Shown: positions 38,229 through 48,580, counted from the first letter of the stretch. The stretch: 64,000 bases of DNA from a bacterium (GCA_029565685.1 JAKQNR010000010.1:34404-98403), one strand, 5' to 3'. The notes: generated from the letters alone by a model not told the origin. A program made the numbers and translations.

Positions 38229-39035
38229 ATGGTGCGCAACCTGATGATGTGGCTTTTGGCTCTGCTGCTTACAGTCGCTTCGGCCTATTATCAAAGGAAA
38301 ACCGGTCCCACCTATCCTCGGGCCGGGCAGGCGGATCTGGATGGTTCGCTGATCCAGTACAAGCTGCTGCGAAGCTACGATAGAGGCGATCAGCCGGTGG
38401 TCCTGCAGGCGCCTGATCCTGCTGTGAACGCTGTGCTGGTTTACCGCCGGCTCAACTCGAGGGATGATTGGACGCATAAACGCATGAGCCGGCAGGGGAA
38501 TGCGCTGATCTCCAGTCTGCCGCATCAACCGGCGGGGGGCAAGCTGGAATATTATCTAAAGGTCGAAAAGGGACTGGATAGTCTGCGAATACCAGCCGAC
38601 GGCCGCATCACCACCCGCTTCAAGGGTGCGGTGCCGGCCTGGGCGTTGCTGCCCCATATCCTGCTCATGTTCGCCGCCATGCTGCTTTCGACCCGCACCG
38701 CACTGGCGGCTATAACCGGTTCGCGACGCTTGCGCGCTTATGTCTGGTGGACGGTCGGGCTGCTCATTTTCGGCGGCATGATTTTCGGCCCGCTGGTGCA
38801 GAAGTTCGCTTTCGGCGATCTATGGACTGGATTCCCGTTTGGCTACGATCTGACGGACAACAAAACGTTGATCGTCCTGATCAGCTGGCTGTGGGCGCTT
38901 TGGGCGATTTACAAATCTCCACACCCCAAACGCTGGATTCTGATCGCAGCGGCCGCGACTCTGGTGGTGTTCATCATCCCCCACAGTCTGTTCGGCACGG
39001 AACTGGACTACCGTCAAACTCCAGCCAGCCGTTGA
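38229..39035 (+). CDS. Hypothetical integral membrane protein with N-terminal extracytoplasmic beta-rich domain
   Basis: N-terminal TM helix, ~120-aa soluble segment, then four hydrophobic helices. Confidence 0.6.
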   Translation: MVRNLMMWLLALLLTVASAYYQRKTGPTYPRAGQADLDGSLIQYKLLRSYDRGDQPVVLQAPDPAVNAVLVYRRLNSRDDWTHKRMSRQGNALISSLPHQPAGGKLEYYLKVEKGLDSLRIPADGRITTRFKGAVPAWALLPHILLMFAAMLLSTRTALAAITGSRRLRAYVWWTVGLLIFGGMIFGPLVQKFAFGDLWTGFPFGYDLTDNKTLIVLISWLWALWAIYKSPHPKRWILIAAAATLVVFIIPHSLFGTELDYRQTPASR

Positions 39036-39075
39036 CACGGCTGTAGAATGAAACCGCCGCCGGCTGGATTAAGGC

Positions 39076-40215
39076 CTAAACACCATTGCCGCGCAACCTG
39101 GCTTCGAACGAACGTATTTCCTGATTTCCCGGCAGTACGCCGATCTCGAGATGAAAAGTCTGGCTCTGTCCCGGTTCCAACACCCGCAGCGCACCGCGTT
39201 CGCGTGCGCTGCGCCGGCCTTCAGGGTGACAATTGCCGGGCTCCATGCCCACGACATAAGCCTGTTCGCCCATCATCTTCCATTCCGTGTAAAGCGGCAA
39301 CTCTTCTTTGGGATAACAGAGATAAATGCCCAGGCCCTGGTTGTTGTTAAAGACACGGTTCACCAAGCCGACGTTGACCATGCCCTTTTCATCCACATCA
39401 TGATCGATATAAAAACACTGCTCCGCATAGTCCGTCGTGGGGGCTTCGAATTGCTGAAAATAGTCAGCGCCTTTTTCCGCCTCTTCATCGCGAGGCTCCA
39501 TAGCATTGACCACTGCGATCAATTCTGAATGTTCACTGACTATGGGAAAACCGATGTTGCAATGATAGAGCACCATCAGCGGCGCGGGCTCAAAACCCTC
39601 GTTCTCGATCACATCCTTGATCCATAAGCGCGATTCGCCCAATCGGGTATACAGACTGCGGCGCATCACCAGGTTCGGACCGAACAACCGCGCTTCACGA
39701 ATTTCACCTGTGGCCCACAGCAGGTACTCATCATCCTCCCATTCAGCCCCAAAGCAAACATTGCGCGCCGGAATGTTGGAAACACGACCGTGCAATCCCA
39801 ACTCTTCATCCATCTCTTCATCGATATCCGCAGCGCCCGCCTGCGTCAGTCCACAGGTGACCACCAACCCGCCTCCATAGGACCACAACCAGCCTATATC
39901 ATGACGGTCATAAAAAGCCGGCGCTACAGCACCAGCCGGCGACAACCAGGCAAGCGGCAATCCGTTAAAAGTGGCATCGAAAACATCCATTCCCCGGTCC
40001 GCCAGCACGGAAAATGCAAAACCGCTTCCAGTCCTGAATTCAAGGGCACGAACACCTCGCTCATTGCCATTGCTCAGCTCCACCGGACGAACCCCCGCTA
40101 TCTGCGACATGTCGCCGACATAACGGGCCAGCTCTCTTTTGCTGTAGTGTCTTCCTAAATAGGTAGCCACGGTACACCCTTTTCCATTGAGAATTGTTCT
40201 ATGTGTTTTTAACAT
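39076..40215 (-). CDS. DUF4432 / aldose-1-epimerase-like family protein
   Basis: Family-like N-terminus YSKRELARYVGDMSQIAGV and mutarotase-like C-terminus ..VVGMEPGNC. Start at ATG 40215 (the track start 40239 is TTG). Confidence 0.7.
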   Translation of the reverse strand: MLKTHRTILNGKGCTVATYLGRHYSKRELARYVGDMSQIAGVRPVELSNGNERGVRALEFRTGSGFAFSVLADRGMDVFDATFNGLPLAWLSPAGAVAPAFYDRHDIGWLWSYGGGLVVTCGLTQAGAADIDEEMDEELGLHGRVSNIPARNVCFGAEWEDDEYLLWATGEIREARLFGPNLVMRRSLYTRLGESRLWIKDVIENEGFEPAPLMVLYHCNIGFPIVSEHSELIAVVNAMEPRDEEAEKGADYFQQFEAPTTDYAEQCFYIDHDVDEKGMVNVGLVNRVFNNNQGLGIYLCYPKEELPLYTEWKMMGEQAYVVGMEPGNCHPEGRRSARERGALRVLEPGQSQTFHLEIGVLPGNQEIRSFEARLRGNGV

Positions 40216-40383
40216 AACATTTTTCCCAGAAAAAGTCAAGCGACAAAATAGGTGTTTTTTAAAACTTTGTTAACTGGTCGACCCTGGAGACCGGAACTCT
40301 CTCTGCAATAAAGGCTGCAAAAACCGGCATCCCTGCGCATCGATACTGAAACGACGGAACAAAACCGTGTCATTTTGACAACC

Positions 40384-40414
40384 TTGGCAAAAAATTGCCA
40401 AAAGAATTTGCCAA
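40384..40414 (+). promoter_or_regulatory. Putative enhancer (UAS) for a sigma-54 activator: inverted repeat TTGGCA-N6-TGCCAA plus extra half-site TTTGCCAA
   Basis: Arms at 40384-40389 and 40396-40401; third half-site at 40407-40414. About 90-110 nt upstream of the -24/-12 element, separated from it by a very AT-rich stretch. Confidence 0.4.
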
Positions 40415-40492
40415 TTTGTCAGGCGTTAAACGCTGAACGAGAATATGCATTAAGAAAATAATAATATGTTACTTGAAACGATAAAAATAAAT

Positions 40493-40507
40493 TGGCACAA
40501 AAATTGC
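40493..40507 (+). promoter_or_regulatory. Sigma-54 (-24/-12) promoter upstream of hsp20
   Basis: TGGCACaaaaaTTGC matches TGGCAC-N5-TTGC exactly, with correct GG-N10-GC spacing. About 70 nt upstream of ATG 40575. Confidence 0.65.
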
Positions 40508-40574
40508 GTTGGAAAGTATGAAAACGAAAAACAGGGGATTTACCCGAGTCGAACTATTAATGGAGGATAACACC

Positions 40575-41018
40575 ATGAATATCATTCGCTGGCGTCCTTT
40601 TCCCGAAATGTCCACCATGCAGCGCGAGATCAACCGGCTGTTTGACGGATTTATGGGGAATCTAGAAAATCAGGAGGAGTTGCACGGCTCCTGGCGTCCG
40701 GATGTGGATATCAAAGAAACCGCAGATGCAGTGGTGATTATGGCGGAACTGCCCGGCATGCAAAAGCAGGACATCAAACTGACCATTCGCGACAACATGC
40801 TGCAAATCTCTGGAGAGAAAAAGCAGGTCTCTGAGAGCAAAGATGAAACCTATCACCGCATCGAGCGCGCTACCGGAACTTTTTGCCGTACATTCACTTT
40901 GCCTTCCCTGGTGGAAGCCGACAAGGTCAGCGCGACTTTCAAGGACGGCGTATTGCAGGTACAGCTGCCCAAAGCGGAGCAGGCCAAACCGAAAGAGATC
41001 AGCATTAAAACCGAATAA
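40575..41018 (+). CDS. Hsp20/alpha-crystallin family small heat-shock protein
   Basis: GGAGG at 40562-40566 then ATG. ACD motifs WRPDVDIKETADAVVIMAELPGM and TFKDGVLQVQLPK. Confidence 0.9.
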   Translation: MNIIRWRPFPEMSTMQREINRLFDGFMGNLENQEELHGSWRPDVDIKETADAVVIMAELPGMQKQDIKLTIRDNMLQISGEKKQVSESKDETYHRIERATGTFCRTFTLPSLVEADKVSATFKDGVLQVQLPKAEQAKPKEISIKTE

Positions 41019-41038
41019 CCGACCTTATTAACCAGGCT

Positions 41039-41100
41039 GCGCATAAGCGCTCATCGAAAGAAAAACGATGCACCGCGTTTATGCGCGGCCCTTTTTTTTG
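41039..41100 (+). terminator. Rho-independent terminator after hsp20
   Basis: Long imperfect stem CTGCGCATAAGCGC..GCGTTTATGCGCGG with an internal CATCG/CGATG hairpin, followed by T8. Confidence 0.55.
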
Positions 41101-41123
41101 CAAAAAACTCGACACGTTTTTCA

Positions 41124-42062
41124 CTAGCGCTTCACTCGTACAACCGTTCCATCCTGTGCAGCGCGGGGGCGCAGCTCCTGCTGCTGCTGAAAGGTGACCA
41201 GCGTATTAGCCGGCACAGACTCTGTGATCCAGGTGTTGCCGCCGATAACGCAGTTTTCACCGATGACCGTGTTGCCGCCAAGAATAGTGGCGCCGGCATA
41301 GATGGTGACGTTGTTGCAGATCGTCGGATGGCGTTTTCCGCCTTTGACCACCGTGCCATCGGGATTGCGCGGGAAGGAGAGCGCGCCCAGCGTCACTCCC
41401 TGATAAATCTTGACGTCATCGCCGATTTCGGTGGTTTCGCCGATGACCACACCAGTCCCATGATCGATAAAAAACCGATCACCGATGGCGGCGCCGGGAT
41501 GAATATCGATGCCGGTTCGCAGATGAGCCCACTCGGACATCATGCGCGCCACCATGGGCACCTGCAGCCGGTAGATCTCGTGGCCGACCCGATGGACGGC
41601 CATCGCATAGACATACGGATAACAAAGAATAACCTCTTCTATACTGCGGGCGGCGGGATCGCCGTCATAGCCGGCCATCACATCCCGGCTCAGACGGTAG
41701 CGGATTTCCGGCAAGCAGGCCAGCAAAGCGGCGGCGTGCTGTTCCGCCAACTGCAGGCAGCTCTGCTGATCGCACTGTTCGCTCGGGCAGTGTGATTGCA
41801 GGGCGCGGCAAAAAACGTCGATGCAGCGCAGCAGCAGAGAATCCATGGCGCCCTGGACATAAAAGAGCATGTGCGCATGTCTGGACACACGCTGGCTATA
41901 AAAGCCGGGAAACAAAAGCTGCATAAAATCATCCAACAGACGGATGATGGTGCGCTGGTTGGGCAGATTTTTGCCGTCCATTCGATTGATGCCGCCGTGC
42001 TTCTGATAGCTGGCGACCATGGCCTGACTGGCATCAGCTAATAGGTCTGCAGTTGTTTTCAT
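41124..42062 (-). CDS. cysE: Serine O-acetyltransferase (long form)
   Basis: Hexapeptide core [39 protein letters not shown]; GGTGGAG RBS then ATG 42062. Confidence 0.9.
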   Translation of the reverse strand: MKTTADLLADASQAMVASYQKHGGINRMDGKNLPNQRTIIRLLDDFMQLLFPGFYSQRVSRHAHMLFYVQGAMDSLLLRCIDVFCRALQSHCPSEQCDQQSCLQLAEQHAAALLACLPEIRYRLSRDVMAGYDGDPAARSIEEVILCYPYVYAMAVHRVGHEIYRLQVPMVARMMSEWAHLRTGIDIHPGAAIGDRFFIDHGTGVVIGETTEIGDDVKIYQGVTLGALSFPRNPDGTVVKGGKRHPTICNNVTIYAGATILGGNTVIGENCVIGGNTWITESVPANTLVTFQQQQELRPRAAQDGTVVRVKR

Positions 42063-42141
42063 AGATTCTCCACCGACAAAAAGATTCACCATCTGGTCTC
42101 TATGGACCGGAAAAAATGTTAGTTAAAACAAAGCTCGCGGT

Positions 42142-42876
42142 TCAGGGACCGGTTAAAAGCCGCCCGGCTGCGGCGGTGTCCGCAAACCATTCCACCTCTC
42201 CCTGCACCGGTCTCACCCGCGCAGCGGGCAGCGAGGGGCCGCGAAAAATGGCCTCCATCGCGTCTGCCTTGCCAGGGCCGTTGACAAGAAAAAAAATGTG
42301 TTTCGCCTGATTCAACAACGGCAACGTAAAGGTGATGCGCCAGGCTTGTAGTTTTTCCACCCAATTGGAGACCACCCATCGGACGGTCTCTTTCAGGGCG
42401 GCGGATCCGGGAAACAATGAAGCGGTATGTCCGTCCTCACCCACGCCCAGAAGAATGAGATCAAAAACCGGCGGCTCGCCCAATTGTTCGACGATCGTCC
42501 TCTCGTACTCAGCCGCCGACTGGTCCGCATCGCCGGATTCCGCAGCCACGCGGAAAATCTGCGTCTCTGGAATGCTGAGCGGATCCAGCAGGCATTCTCG
42601 AGCCAGGCGGTAATTGCTCTGTGGGTCATCCGGTGGAACCCATCGTTCATCGCTCCAGAAGAAATCGATTCGGCTCCAGTCTATCGCGGTACGATGACTT
42701 TCAGCCAAAGTCTGATAAAACCGCTTCGGCGTCCCTCCGCCGGCAAGTGCCACACGGAAACGGCGGGCAGGGTTCTGCTGATGGCCGGCCAATTCGTGGA
42801 AACGGCGGGCAGCCATCGCTGCCGATTGATGGGCGTCTTCGGCGGTGTGCAAAATCCAAGCGCGAGAAAGGGCCAT
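42142..42876 (-). CDS. pgl: 6-phosphogluconolactonase
   Basis: VALAGGGTPKRFYQTLA and WSDERWVPPDDPQSN motifs. ATG at 42876 (the track start 42882 is TTG). Confidence 0.85.
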   Translation of the reverse strand: MALSRAWILHTAEDAHQSAAMAARRFHELAGHQQNPARRFRVALAGGGTPKRFYQTLAESHRTAIDWSRIDFFWSDERWVPPDDPQSNYRLARECLLDPLSIPETQIFRVAAESGDADQSAAEYERTIVEQLGEPPVFDLILLGVGEDGHTASLFPGSAALKETVRWVVSNWVEKLQAWRITFTLPLLNQAKHIFFLVNGPGKADAMEAIFRGPSLPAARVRPVQGEVEWFADTAAAGRLLTGP

Positions 42877-42878
42877 CG

Positions 42879-43991
42879 TCAAGCTCCTCGGTCACGGAAC
42901 GCTGCAGTGGGGTCCTGTAAAGGCACTGCCTGGGCCAGGAATCGGCTGATTCGAATGAACAGTTCATCCTCGCAGGCCACATCCAGTTCCTGTCCGAGCA
43001 GATCGGTCTCGGTCCTCAGCGGAATTTGCAAGATCGCTGCAGCTTCATCAGAGCGGCGACACTCGATCTCCAGGGGATTGATCCGCCGTGCATGCAGTCG
43101 TACGGTTTTTCCTTCGTAACGGGTGTACAGGGTGACGGTCACCAGGCTGTTGCCCACTGCCTTCGCAACAGGCGCGGTGAAAGAGGTGTGAATGGGACCC
43201 GCCGGTCCGGTAAAATACGGCTGCGTATGAACATGCAGACGCCACTGCAACACCGTGGCCAGCCACGCCAGCAGCCAGCCAACAGCGGGAGAAAAGCCGG
43301 CCGGCGCTGCCTGAATTTCAATCCGCTCGATGCCATGCAATAAGACAACGCCCTCCTTTGCATCAAAAAACTGCGCCAGCGCTTCCCGCCAGCCGGTTAA
43401 GGATGCCCAGGTCAGATCCATGATTCTCACCTGCGGCTGATGGCGCACGATCCACTGCGCCAGAGAACAAAGGTCCCGCCACCCAGCGATCCACGCGCCG
43501 GATTGAATGATCAATCGATCGATGGTAGAACAGAGGCTGGAAAAAATTCCAACCCCGGCCTGCGGCGCATCCGGCCACCACAGCAGAACCGGCAGGTCCG
43601 GCAGCAGCAGCGGCGACACGATGCCCGGCAGCTTGGTTGTCAGCGCGCTGGGACAGTGAAGGGTGATCTGCTCGCAGCAGAGCTGTTTTCCGCCCTGCGA
43701 GGAGACCCGACAGTGGGCGGAGATAAACGCCTCGACCGTTTCCCCGGTCGGCTGTAACCGGATGAGGATGATGCGGCCGGGCCGTTGACGGATCAGCTCT
43801 GGAAGAGACTGCAAAAAACTCTGATAGCGCGGCACCCCGGTGGCGACCAGAATCAGCGTCGACATGGCGCTGCGCAAAACTGCGCGCTCGCCGTCCTGCG
43901 CCTGATTCCGCCAAAATTCATCAAGTGCCGATTCAATCTGCGGCAGGGGAGTGGGAATCCCGTCTGTTTCCCAGTGCGGCGTTTCAGTCAT
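42879..43991 (-). CDS. opcA: Glucose-6-phosphate dehydrogenase assembly protein OpcA-like
   Basis: Sits between zwf and pgl. OpcA-like segments [12 protein letters not shown] and [22 protein letters not shown] 43991 overlaps the zwf stop (ATGA). Confidence 0.65.
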   Translation of the reverse strand: MTETPHWETDGIPTPLPQIESALDEFWRNQAQDGERAVLRSAMSTLILVATGVPRYQSFLQSLPELIRQRPGRIILIRLQPTGETVEAFISAHCRVSSQGGKQLCCEQITLHCPSALTTKLPGIVSPLLLPDLPVLLWWPDAPQAGVGIFSSLCSTIDRLIIQSGAWIAGWRDLCSLAQWIVRHQPQVRIMDLTWASLTGWREALAQFFDAKEGVVLLHGIERIEIQAAPAGFSPAVGWLLAWLATVLQWRLHVHTQPYFTGPAGPIHTSFTAPVAKAVGNSLVTVTLYTRYEGKTVRLHARRINPLEIECRRSDEAAAILQIPLRTETDLLGQELDVACEDELFIRISRFLAQAVPLQDPTAAFRDRGA

Positions 43992-45496
43992 AAGCGCCTC
44001 CATCGCCGGCCTGGAGGCAGCAGGGTCTCGGCTTCCGTCGGCCCCCAGGTACCGGCGCTGTAGGGAAAGATGCAGCCGCTGTCCGCCGTTTGCCAAGACT
44101 CCAGTAATGGAGTGAATATTTCCCAGGCCGTTTCGTTTTCATCCAGACGGGTGAACAGCGTGGCGTCGCCGATCAAAGCGTCCAGCAACAACCGCTCGTA
44201 GGCATCCGGCGTGCTCTCTCCAAAACTGGCGCCGTAGCGAAATTCCATGGCCACAGGCCGCACCCGGTTGCTGGGGCCCGGCACTTTGGAATCGAAGCGC
44301 AGAGTGATGCCCTCATTCGGTTGAATGTTCAAAGCCAGCACATTGGATGTCGCCTCTTTTTCTGCCTCGGGCCCGAACATCTGCAACGGCGCATCCTTGA
44401 AAACGATTGCGATCTCTGTCGCTTTTTTCGCCAACCGTTTGCCAGCGCGAAGAAAAAAGGGCACGCCGGCCCAGCGCCAGTTGTCGACAAACATTTTCAG
44501 CGCTACATAGGTCTCGGTGGTGGAATCCGGCGCAACGCCCGGTTCGCTGCGGTAGCCGATCAAATCGGCGCCCGCCAGGGAGCCAGGCCCGTATTGACCG
44601 CGCACGCTGCCGCAGCGCGGATCAGACATCCGTGGCATGGCGCGCAGCACTTTGACTTTTTCGTCGCGTACTTCGGCGCTGGCAAACGTGGATGGGGGCT
44701 CCATGGCGGTCAGGCACAACAGCTGCAACAGATGATTCTGAACAATATCGCGCAAAATACCGGTCTCTTCAAAGAACCGGCCTCGTCCCTCCATTCCCAG
44801 ATCTTCCGCCACGGTGATCTGCACATGATCCACAAATGAGCGATTCCAGATCGGTTCGAAGATGCCGTTGGCGAACCGGAACACCAAAATGTTCTGCACC
44901 GTCTCCTTGCCGAGATAGTGATCGATGCGGAAGAGCTGGTCCTCCTGAAACACAGATGTGAGGCGAGCATTGAGCGAGCGCGCACTGGCCAGATCGCGGC
45001 CAAAGGGTTTCTCCACGATGAGCCGGGTCCAGCCCGTAGGCGATTGCGCCAACCCGGACTGCCCTAAATTCATGGCGATGGTTTCATACTGAGAGGGCGG
45101 CGTGGCCAAATAAAAAAGATGATGAGCAGGCCGCCGCCCGCTTTCCGCCAGTTTGGGCAACAAATCGGAAAGGCGTCGGAAGGCGTCCGCCTCATTAAAG
45201 TCCCCGCGCAGATAATGCAGCCGTCGGCTGAAACGCTGCAGCGCTGCTTCACCGCCCGGGCGGATGTTCCGCTGCAGCGCCTCCATCAGTTCAGTGCGGA
45301 ACGTCCTGTCATCTTTTTCCCGCCGCGCAAAGCCGACGATTGCCATGCCGCCGGGCAGCAGCCCCTGCTGCTCCAGATTGAACAGCGCGGGCAACAGTTT
45401 GCGCTGGGTGAGATCGCCCGTCGCACCAAAAATAATCAGCGTACAAGGCTCGATGGTTTTTGACAACCGCATCCCCTGACGCAGAGGATTGATCAT
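43988..45496 (-). CDS. zwf: Glucose-6-phosphate 1-dehydrogenase
   Basis: [26 protein letters not shown] and NHLLQLL motifs; GGGAGGA RBS. Confidence 0.95.
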   Translation of the reverse strand: MINPLRQGMRLSKTIEPCTLIIFGATGDLTQRKLLPALFNLEQQGLLPGGMAIVGFARREKDDRTFRTELMEALQRNIRPGGEAALQRFSRRLHYLRGDFNEADAFRRLSDLLPKLAESGRRPAHHLFYLATPPSQYETIAMNLGQSGLAQSPTGWTRLIVEKPFGRDLASARSLNARLTSVFQEDQLFRIDHYLGKETVQNILVFRFANGIFEPIWNRSFVDHVQITVAEDLGMEGRGRFFEETGILRDIVQNHLLQLLCLTAMEPPSTFASAEVRDEKVKVLRAMPRMSDPRCGSVRGQYGPGSLAGADLIGYRSEPGVAPDSTTETYVALKMFVDNWRWAGVPFFLRAGKRLAKKATEIAIVFKDAPLQMFGPEAEKEATSNVLALNIQPNEGITLRFDSKVPGPSNRVRPVAMEFRYGASFGESTPDAYERLLLDALIGDATLFTRLDENETAWEIFTPLLESWQTADSGCIFPYSAGTWGPTEAETLLPPGRRWRRL

Positions 45497-45668
45497 GCTT
45501 TTTCCTCCCTGGAGCGACTGAAAAGGCTTGCTTTTATGCGTTTAATTTAATATATAAATTTTTATTCAATTTGTCATTTCATTTTCATTCATACCGACAG
45601 CCCGGTTCAACGGCTGCGGCGAAAGAATGTAGACTGCTGTTCACGCCCTGGGCCATGCTGGTGAAAAC

Positions 45669-47165
45669 ATGCGGCGAAGAATAAAAACGTTGATGCTTCC
45701 AGCGATGATCCTCCTGATCGCCGTCGCCCTGCTTGTCGGCTACAGTCTGGTCATCGAACCCCATCAGCAAAAGGTCGAGACCGTACCCCTGTTCAGCGCC
45801 AAACTCCCACAAGGCTTCGCCTTGACTGTAGTCCAGTTGTCCGACCTGCACATCGGCTCCCTCTCCGCCGAATTCCTCGAAAAAACGGTGCGCCGGGTGA
45901 GGGAACAAGCCCCGGACCTGATCGTCCTGACCGGCGATTATCCAAGTTCGCAGAGCATGTTCGACCGGATCGAGACGCCTGCCTTTAAGGTTGAAATGGA
46001 AGCGCTCCGCGGATTCGTTTCCTCCCTGTCCGCACCCCACGGCGTATGGGCGGTTCGCGGCAACCATGACTTTAGCGACGACAAGGAAATCGGAGATGTT
46101 CTGCTGGATCTGCTGCGCAATGAAAACCGGCCGGTGTTGACCAATCAATTGCAGCGGCTGTTTGTCAATGGCCAGGCCCTGTACCTGGCAGGCGTAGACT
46201 ATTCCGCTTTTGATGCCGGGCAGACAGCCCGTTTCACTGTGCGCAACGAGGGAGAAGAAAAATTTCTCCGCGCCGGGCGCTCCAGCAAAAATTCGTACAC
46301 CCACTTTTATCCGCCCACGGACGGTCCTTGGCAGAATTATTCCTTTCACGCCCGCTTTCGTCTGAGCAAACCGGCCGCCAGCACCATGGGGCTGATTTTT
46401 TATTCGCACTATCCGCAAGGTTATGATCGCTACTATCGCTGGCGCTGGTTTCCTGAGGAGCAGAGATTTCGCTTCGCCCCGCATGGTACGTCAGTGGTGG
46501 AGCAGGCCCTTGCCGATCCTTTCCCCATGGCTGCAGGCCGCTGGTATTGCGCTGCTGTAAAAGTGGAAACCCACAGCGGCCTCACGGTCATGTACGGCAA
46601 AGCCTGGCCCGCCGGTGAGCCGGAGCCCGAGGTCTGGCAGGCGACCGCCATTGATTCTTCCGCCGGCAGGCTGCAGAGCGGCGTCATCGGACTCTACTGC
46701 AATCAGCCCGGGCTGCACGACTTTGATGATCTGCTCGTATATAATCAACAGGGAGATACGCTGGTGCGGGAGAATCTGCAGGCGCTGACTCCCGGATGCA
46801 AACCGGACCGGTGGATCGATTTCAATTGGAACGAAGCGGCGGTGCCCATGTTAGCCCGGCAGATACCAGACAGCTGTTTTTCCATCCTGCTCGCCCATCA
46901 TCCGGCGTTCATCCGGCAGGCCGCCTCAGAGGGAATAGATCTGCAGCTCTCCGGCCACACACACGGCGGTCAGGTCTATTTTCCGCTCTTGGGTGCGCCC
47001 TGGGCGCGTTCACCGGGCTTCCGACATCCCAGCCGTGGTTTGTCCCACCACGGCGGCACCACGCTGTACATCAACCGGGGGTTGGGCACGATCCTTTTTC
47101 CCATCCGTTTTCTCAGTCCGCCAGAGATCACGGTGATAAAAATTCAGGGAACAAGAAAAGAGTAG
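45669..47165 (+). CDS. Membrane-anchored calcineurin-like metallophosphoesterase (YaeI-like) with a ~215-aa internal insertion
   Basis: Motifs QLSDLHIG, LTGD and GNHD, then an insertion (about nt 46209-46853), then LLAHHP and GHTHGG. The insertion ends like LamG/DUF1080 beta-sandwiches (SGVIGLYCNQPGLHDFDDLLVYN). Confidence 0.85.
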   Translation: MRRRIKTLMLPAMILLIAVALLVGYSLVIEPHQQKVETVPLFSAKLPQGFALTVVQLSDLHIGSLSAEFLEKTVRRVREQAPDLIVLTGDYPSSQSMFDRIETPAFKVEMEALRGFVSSLSAPHGVWAVRGNHDFSDDKEIGDVLLDLLRNENRPVLTNQLQRLFVNGQALYLAGVDYSAFDAGQTARFTVRNEGEEKFLRAGRSSKNSYTHFYPPTDGPWQNYSFHARFRLSKPAASTMGLIFYSHYPQGYDRYYRWRWFPEEQRFRFAPHGTSVVEQALADPFPMAAGRWYCAAVKVETHSGLTVMYGKAWPAGEPEPEVWQATAIDSSAGRLQSGVIGLYCNQPGLHDFDDLLVYNQQGDTLVRENLQALTPGCKPDRWIDFNWNEAAVPMLARQIPDSCFSILLAHHPAFIRQAASEGIDLQLSGHTHGGQVYFPLLGAPWARSPGFRHPSRGLSHHGGTTLYINRGLGTILFPIRFLSPPEITVIKIQGTRKE

Positions 47166-47186
47166 AAGAAGAAATAAAACAGTCGG

Positions 47187-47663
47187 TCATTGGTTCAGAG
47201 CGAAGACCAGGATCACTTGATGATGATCGGGAGAGTAATAGTGAGCAATGACGCCCGCTTTTTTCCATCCTTGGCAAAGCAGAAAGGAGATCAGCTCCGC
47301 ACGATCGACAGAACAGAGGTGGGCGATAAGCAAGCGGCCTCTTTGCTGTTGGATAAAAGTCTTAAGAAAGCCATCCAGGGCGGCCCACAGGGAACCATGC
47401 TGATCTTCAGCAGCCACGAAATCCTGCACCTCCAACACCCCGGCGGCGCCGGCGACCCAGCGAGCCGGGGCAACCGCCCGGCAGGCGCCCTGTTGGGAGT
47501 GCGCGACAAAAAAATGACACCCCTCCTTCGATTGCTGGGCGCTCTCGAGCCATTCCAGCGCCAAGGCCAGACGCTCGGGCTGATCTGCCAGCCGGGTACG
47601 AAGAAAGGCGGCGGTGCGAACGCACTCCTGGGGAGTGGTGGATTCAAGGATCAATGGGAACAT
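47187..47663 (-). CDS. Probable GNAT-fold N-acetyltransferase-like protein
   Basis: The minus-strand product has a GNAT-like C-terminus (FLLCQGWKKAGVIAHYY..DHHQVILVFAL). A same-size plus-strand ORF (47190-47675) looks like a low-complexity shadow. No SD sequence seen. Confidence 0.5.
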   Translation of the reverse strand: MFPLILESTTPQECVRTAAFLRTRLADQPERLALALEWLESAQQSKEGCHFFVAHSQQGACRAVAPARWVAGAAGVLEVQDFVAAEDQHGSLWAALDGFLKTFIQQQRGRLLIAHLCSVDRAELISFLLCQGWKKAGVIAHYYSPDHHQVILVFALNQ

Positions 47664-47947
47664 AAAAATTTGTAATTTTATATTGCTTCTTTCAATAAAA
47701 GGCAGTATATTAACAGCTGTATTTTTTTACAGGTCTTTGCCCTTTCGGCCGAGCCATCAGGCGGCCGTCCTAAAGGATCTGAGTCAACAACTTGGCGAAA
47801 AACAGCGGCAAAATCAAATTGAAAATAGTTGCAATTTCTCTTGTATTTCCTGAAATATTGCATTAAATTATACACAATTTAAGCGACTAAACTAGCCGTT
47901 TTTTCACAGTATTCACCCCAATCAATCTTTTTAGGAGGTTACATTCA

Positions 47948-48550
47948 ATGAAGGTGAAAACACTCGTTGCAGTGCTCGTCGTGATTTTCGCGATGACCCT
48001 GATCGTCGGTTGCGCCAAAGTTCCGCAGCAGGAACTGGACGCCGCTAAAGCAGCGTTGGACGCCGCCAAGGCCGTTGAGGCCGACCGGTACGCCCCTGAG
48101 CTGTTCAATGCCGTAAAGGACTCTTTGAACGCCATCAACGCTGAGATCGAGAAACAAAACTCCAAGTTCGCATTGTTCCGCAGCTACTCTAAAGCGAAAA
48201 CCATGTTGGCCGCCGCCCTGGCTGCTGCGAACAACGCCAAAGACACCGCAGTTGCGAACAAAGAGAAGGTCAAAGCCGAAGCCAACGACCTGCTGGCGAA
48301 AATCGGTCCGGCCATCGATGATGTGAAAAAGCTGATGAAAAAAGCTCCGCGCGGCAAAGAAGGCAGAGCGGCTCTGGAAGCCATGAATGCCGATCTGGCC
48401 ACCGTCGAAGCTTCGGTCGCTGAAGCCAATACCGCCCTCGCCAATGGCGATTTTCTGACCGCACGCGACAAAGCCCAGGCCGGTTTGCAAAAGGTTGCGG
48501 CGATCTCCGAAGAACTGCAGCAAGCCATCAACAAAAAATTGGGCCGCTGA
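47948..48550 (+). CDS. Ala-rich helical lipoprotein, DUF4398-like
   Basis: AGGAGG RBS; lipobox AMTLIVGCAK. Repeated A..A...A helices with ADRYAPELFNAVKDSL. Confidence 0.8.
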   Translation: MKVKTLVAVLVVIFAMTLIVGCAKVPQQELDAAKAALDAAKAVEADRYAPELFNAVKDSLNAINAEIEKQNSKFALFRSYSKAKTMLAAALAAANNAKDTAVANKEKVKAEANDLLAKIGPAIDDVKKLMKKAPRGKEGRAALEAMNADLATVEASVAEANTALANGDFLTARDKAQAGLQKVAAISEELQQAINKKLGR

Positions 48551-48580
48551 TTATCTCTTCCGCGCCTGATAAATTATGTA

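Noticed and set aside
40385-40399. Second sigma-54-like string TGGCAaaaaaTTGCC upstream of hsp20.
   Set aside because: The GG-to-GC spacing is one nucleotide short of the -24/-12 consensus. It is better explained as one arm pair of the inverted-repeat enhancer.
47190-47675. 161-aa plus-strand ORF almost exactly co-extensive with the minus-strand ORF 47187-47663.
   Set aside because: The plus-strand product is Gly/Pro/Lys-rich without fold-like features, whereas the minus-strand product has a GNAT-like C-terminus. The call remains only moderate confidence.
47741-47776. Hairpin CCTTTCGGCCG..CGGCCG-tcct-AAAGG in the AT-rich region upstream of the lipoprotein gene.
   Set aside because: It has no U-tract, no second copy in the window, and no obvious relation to a flanking gene end. 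It is noted only as a possible leader structure.
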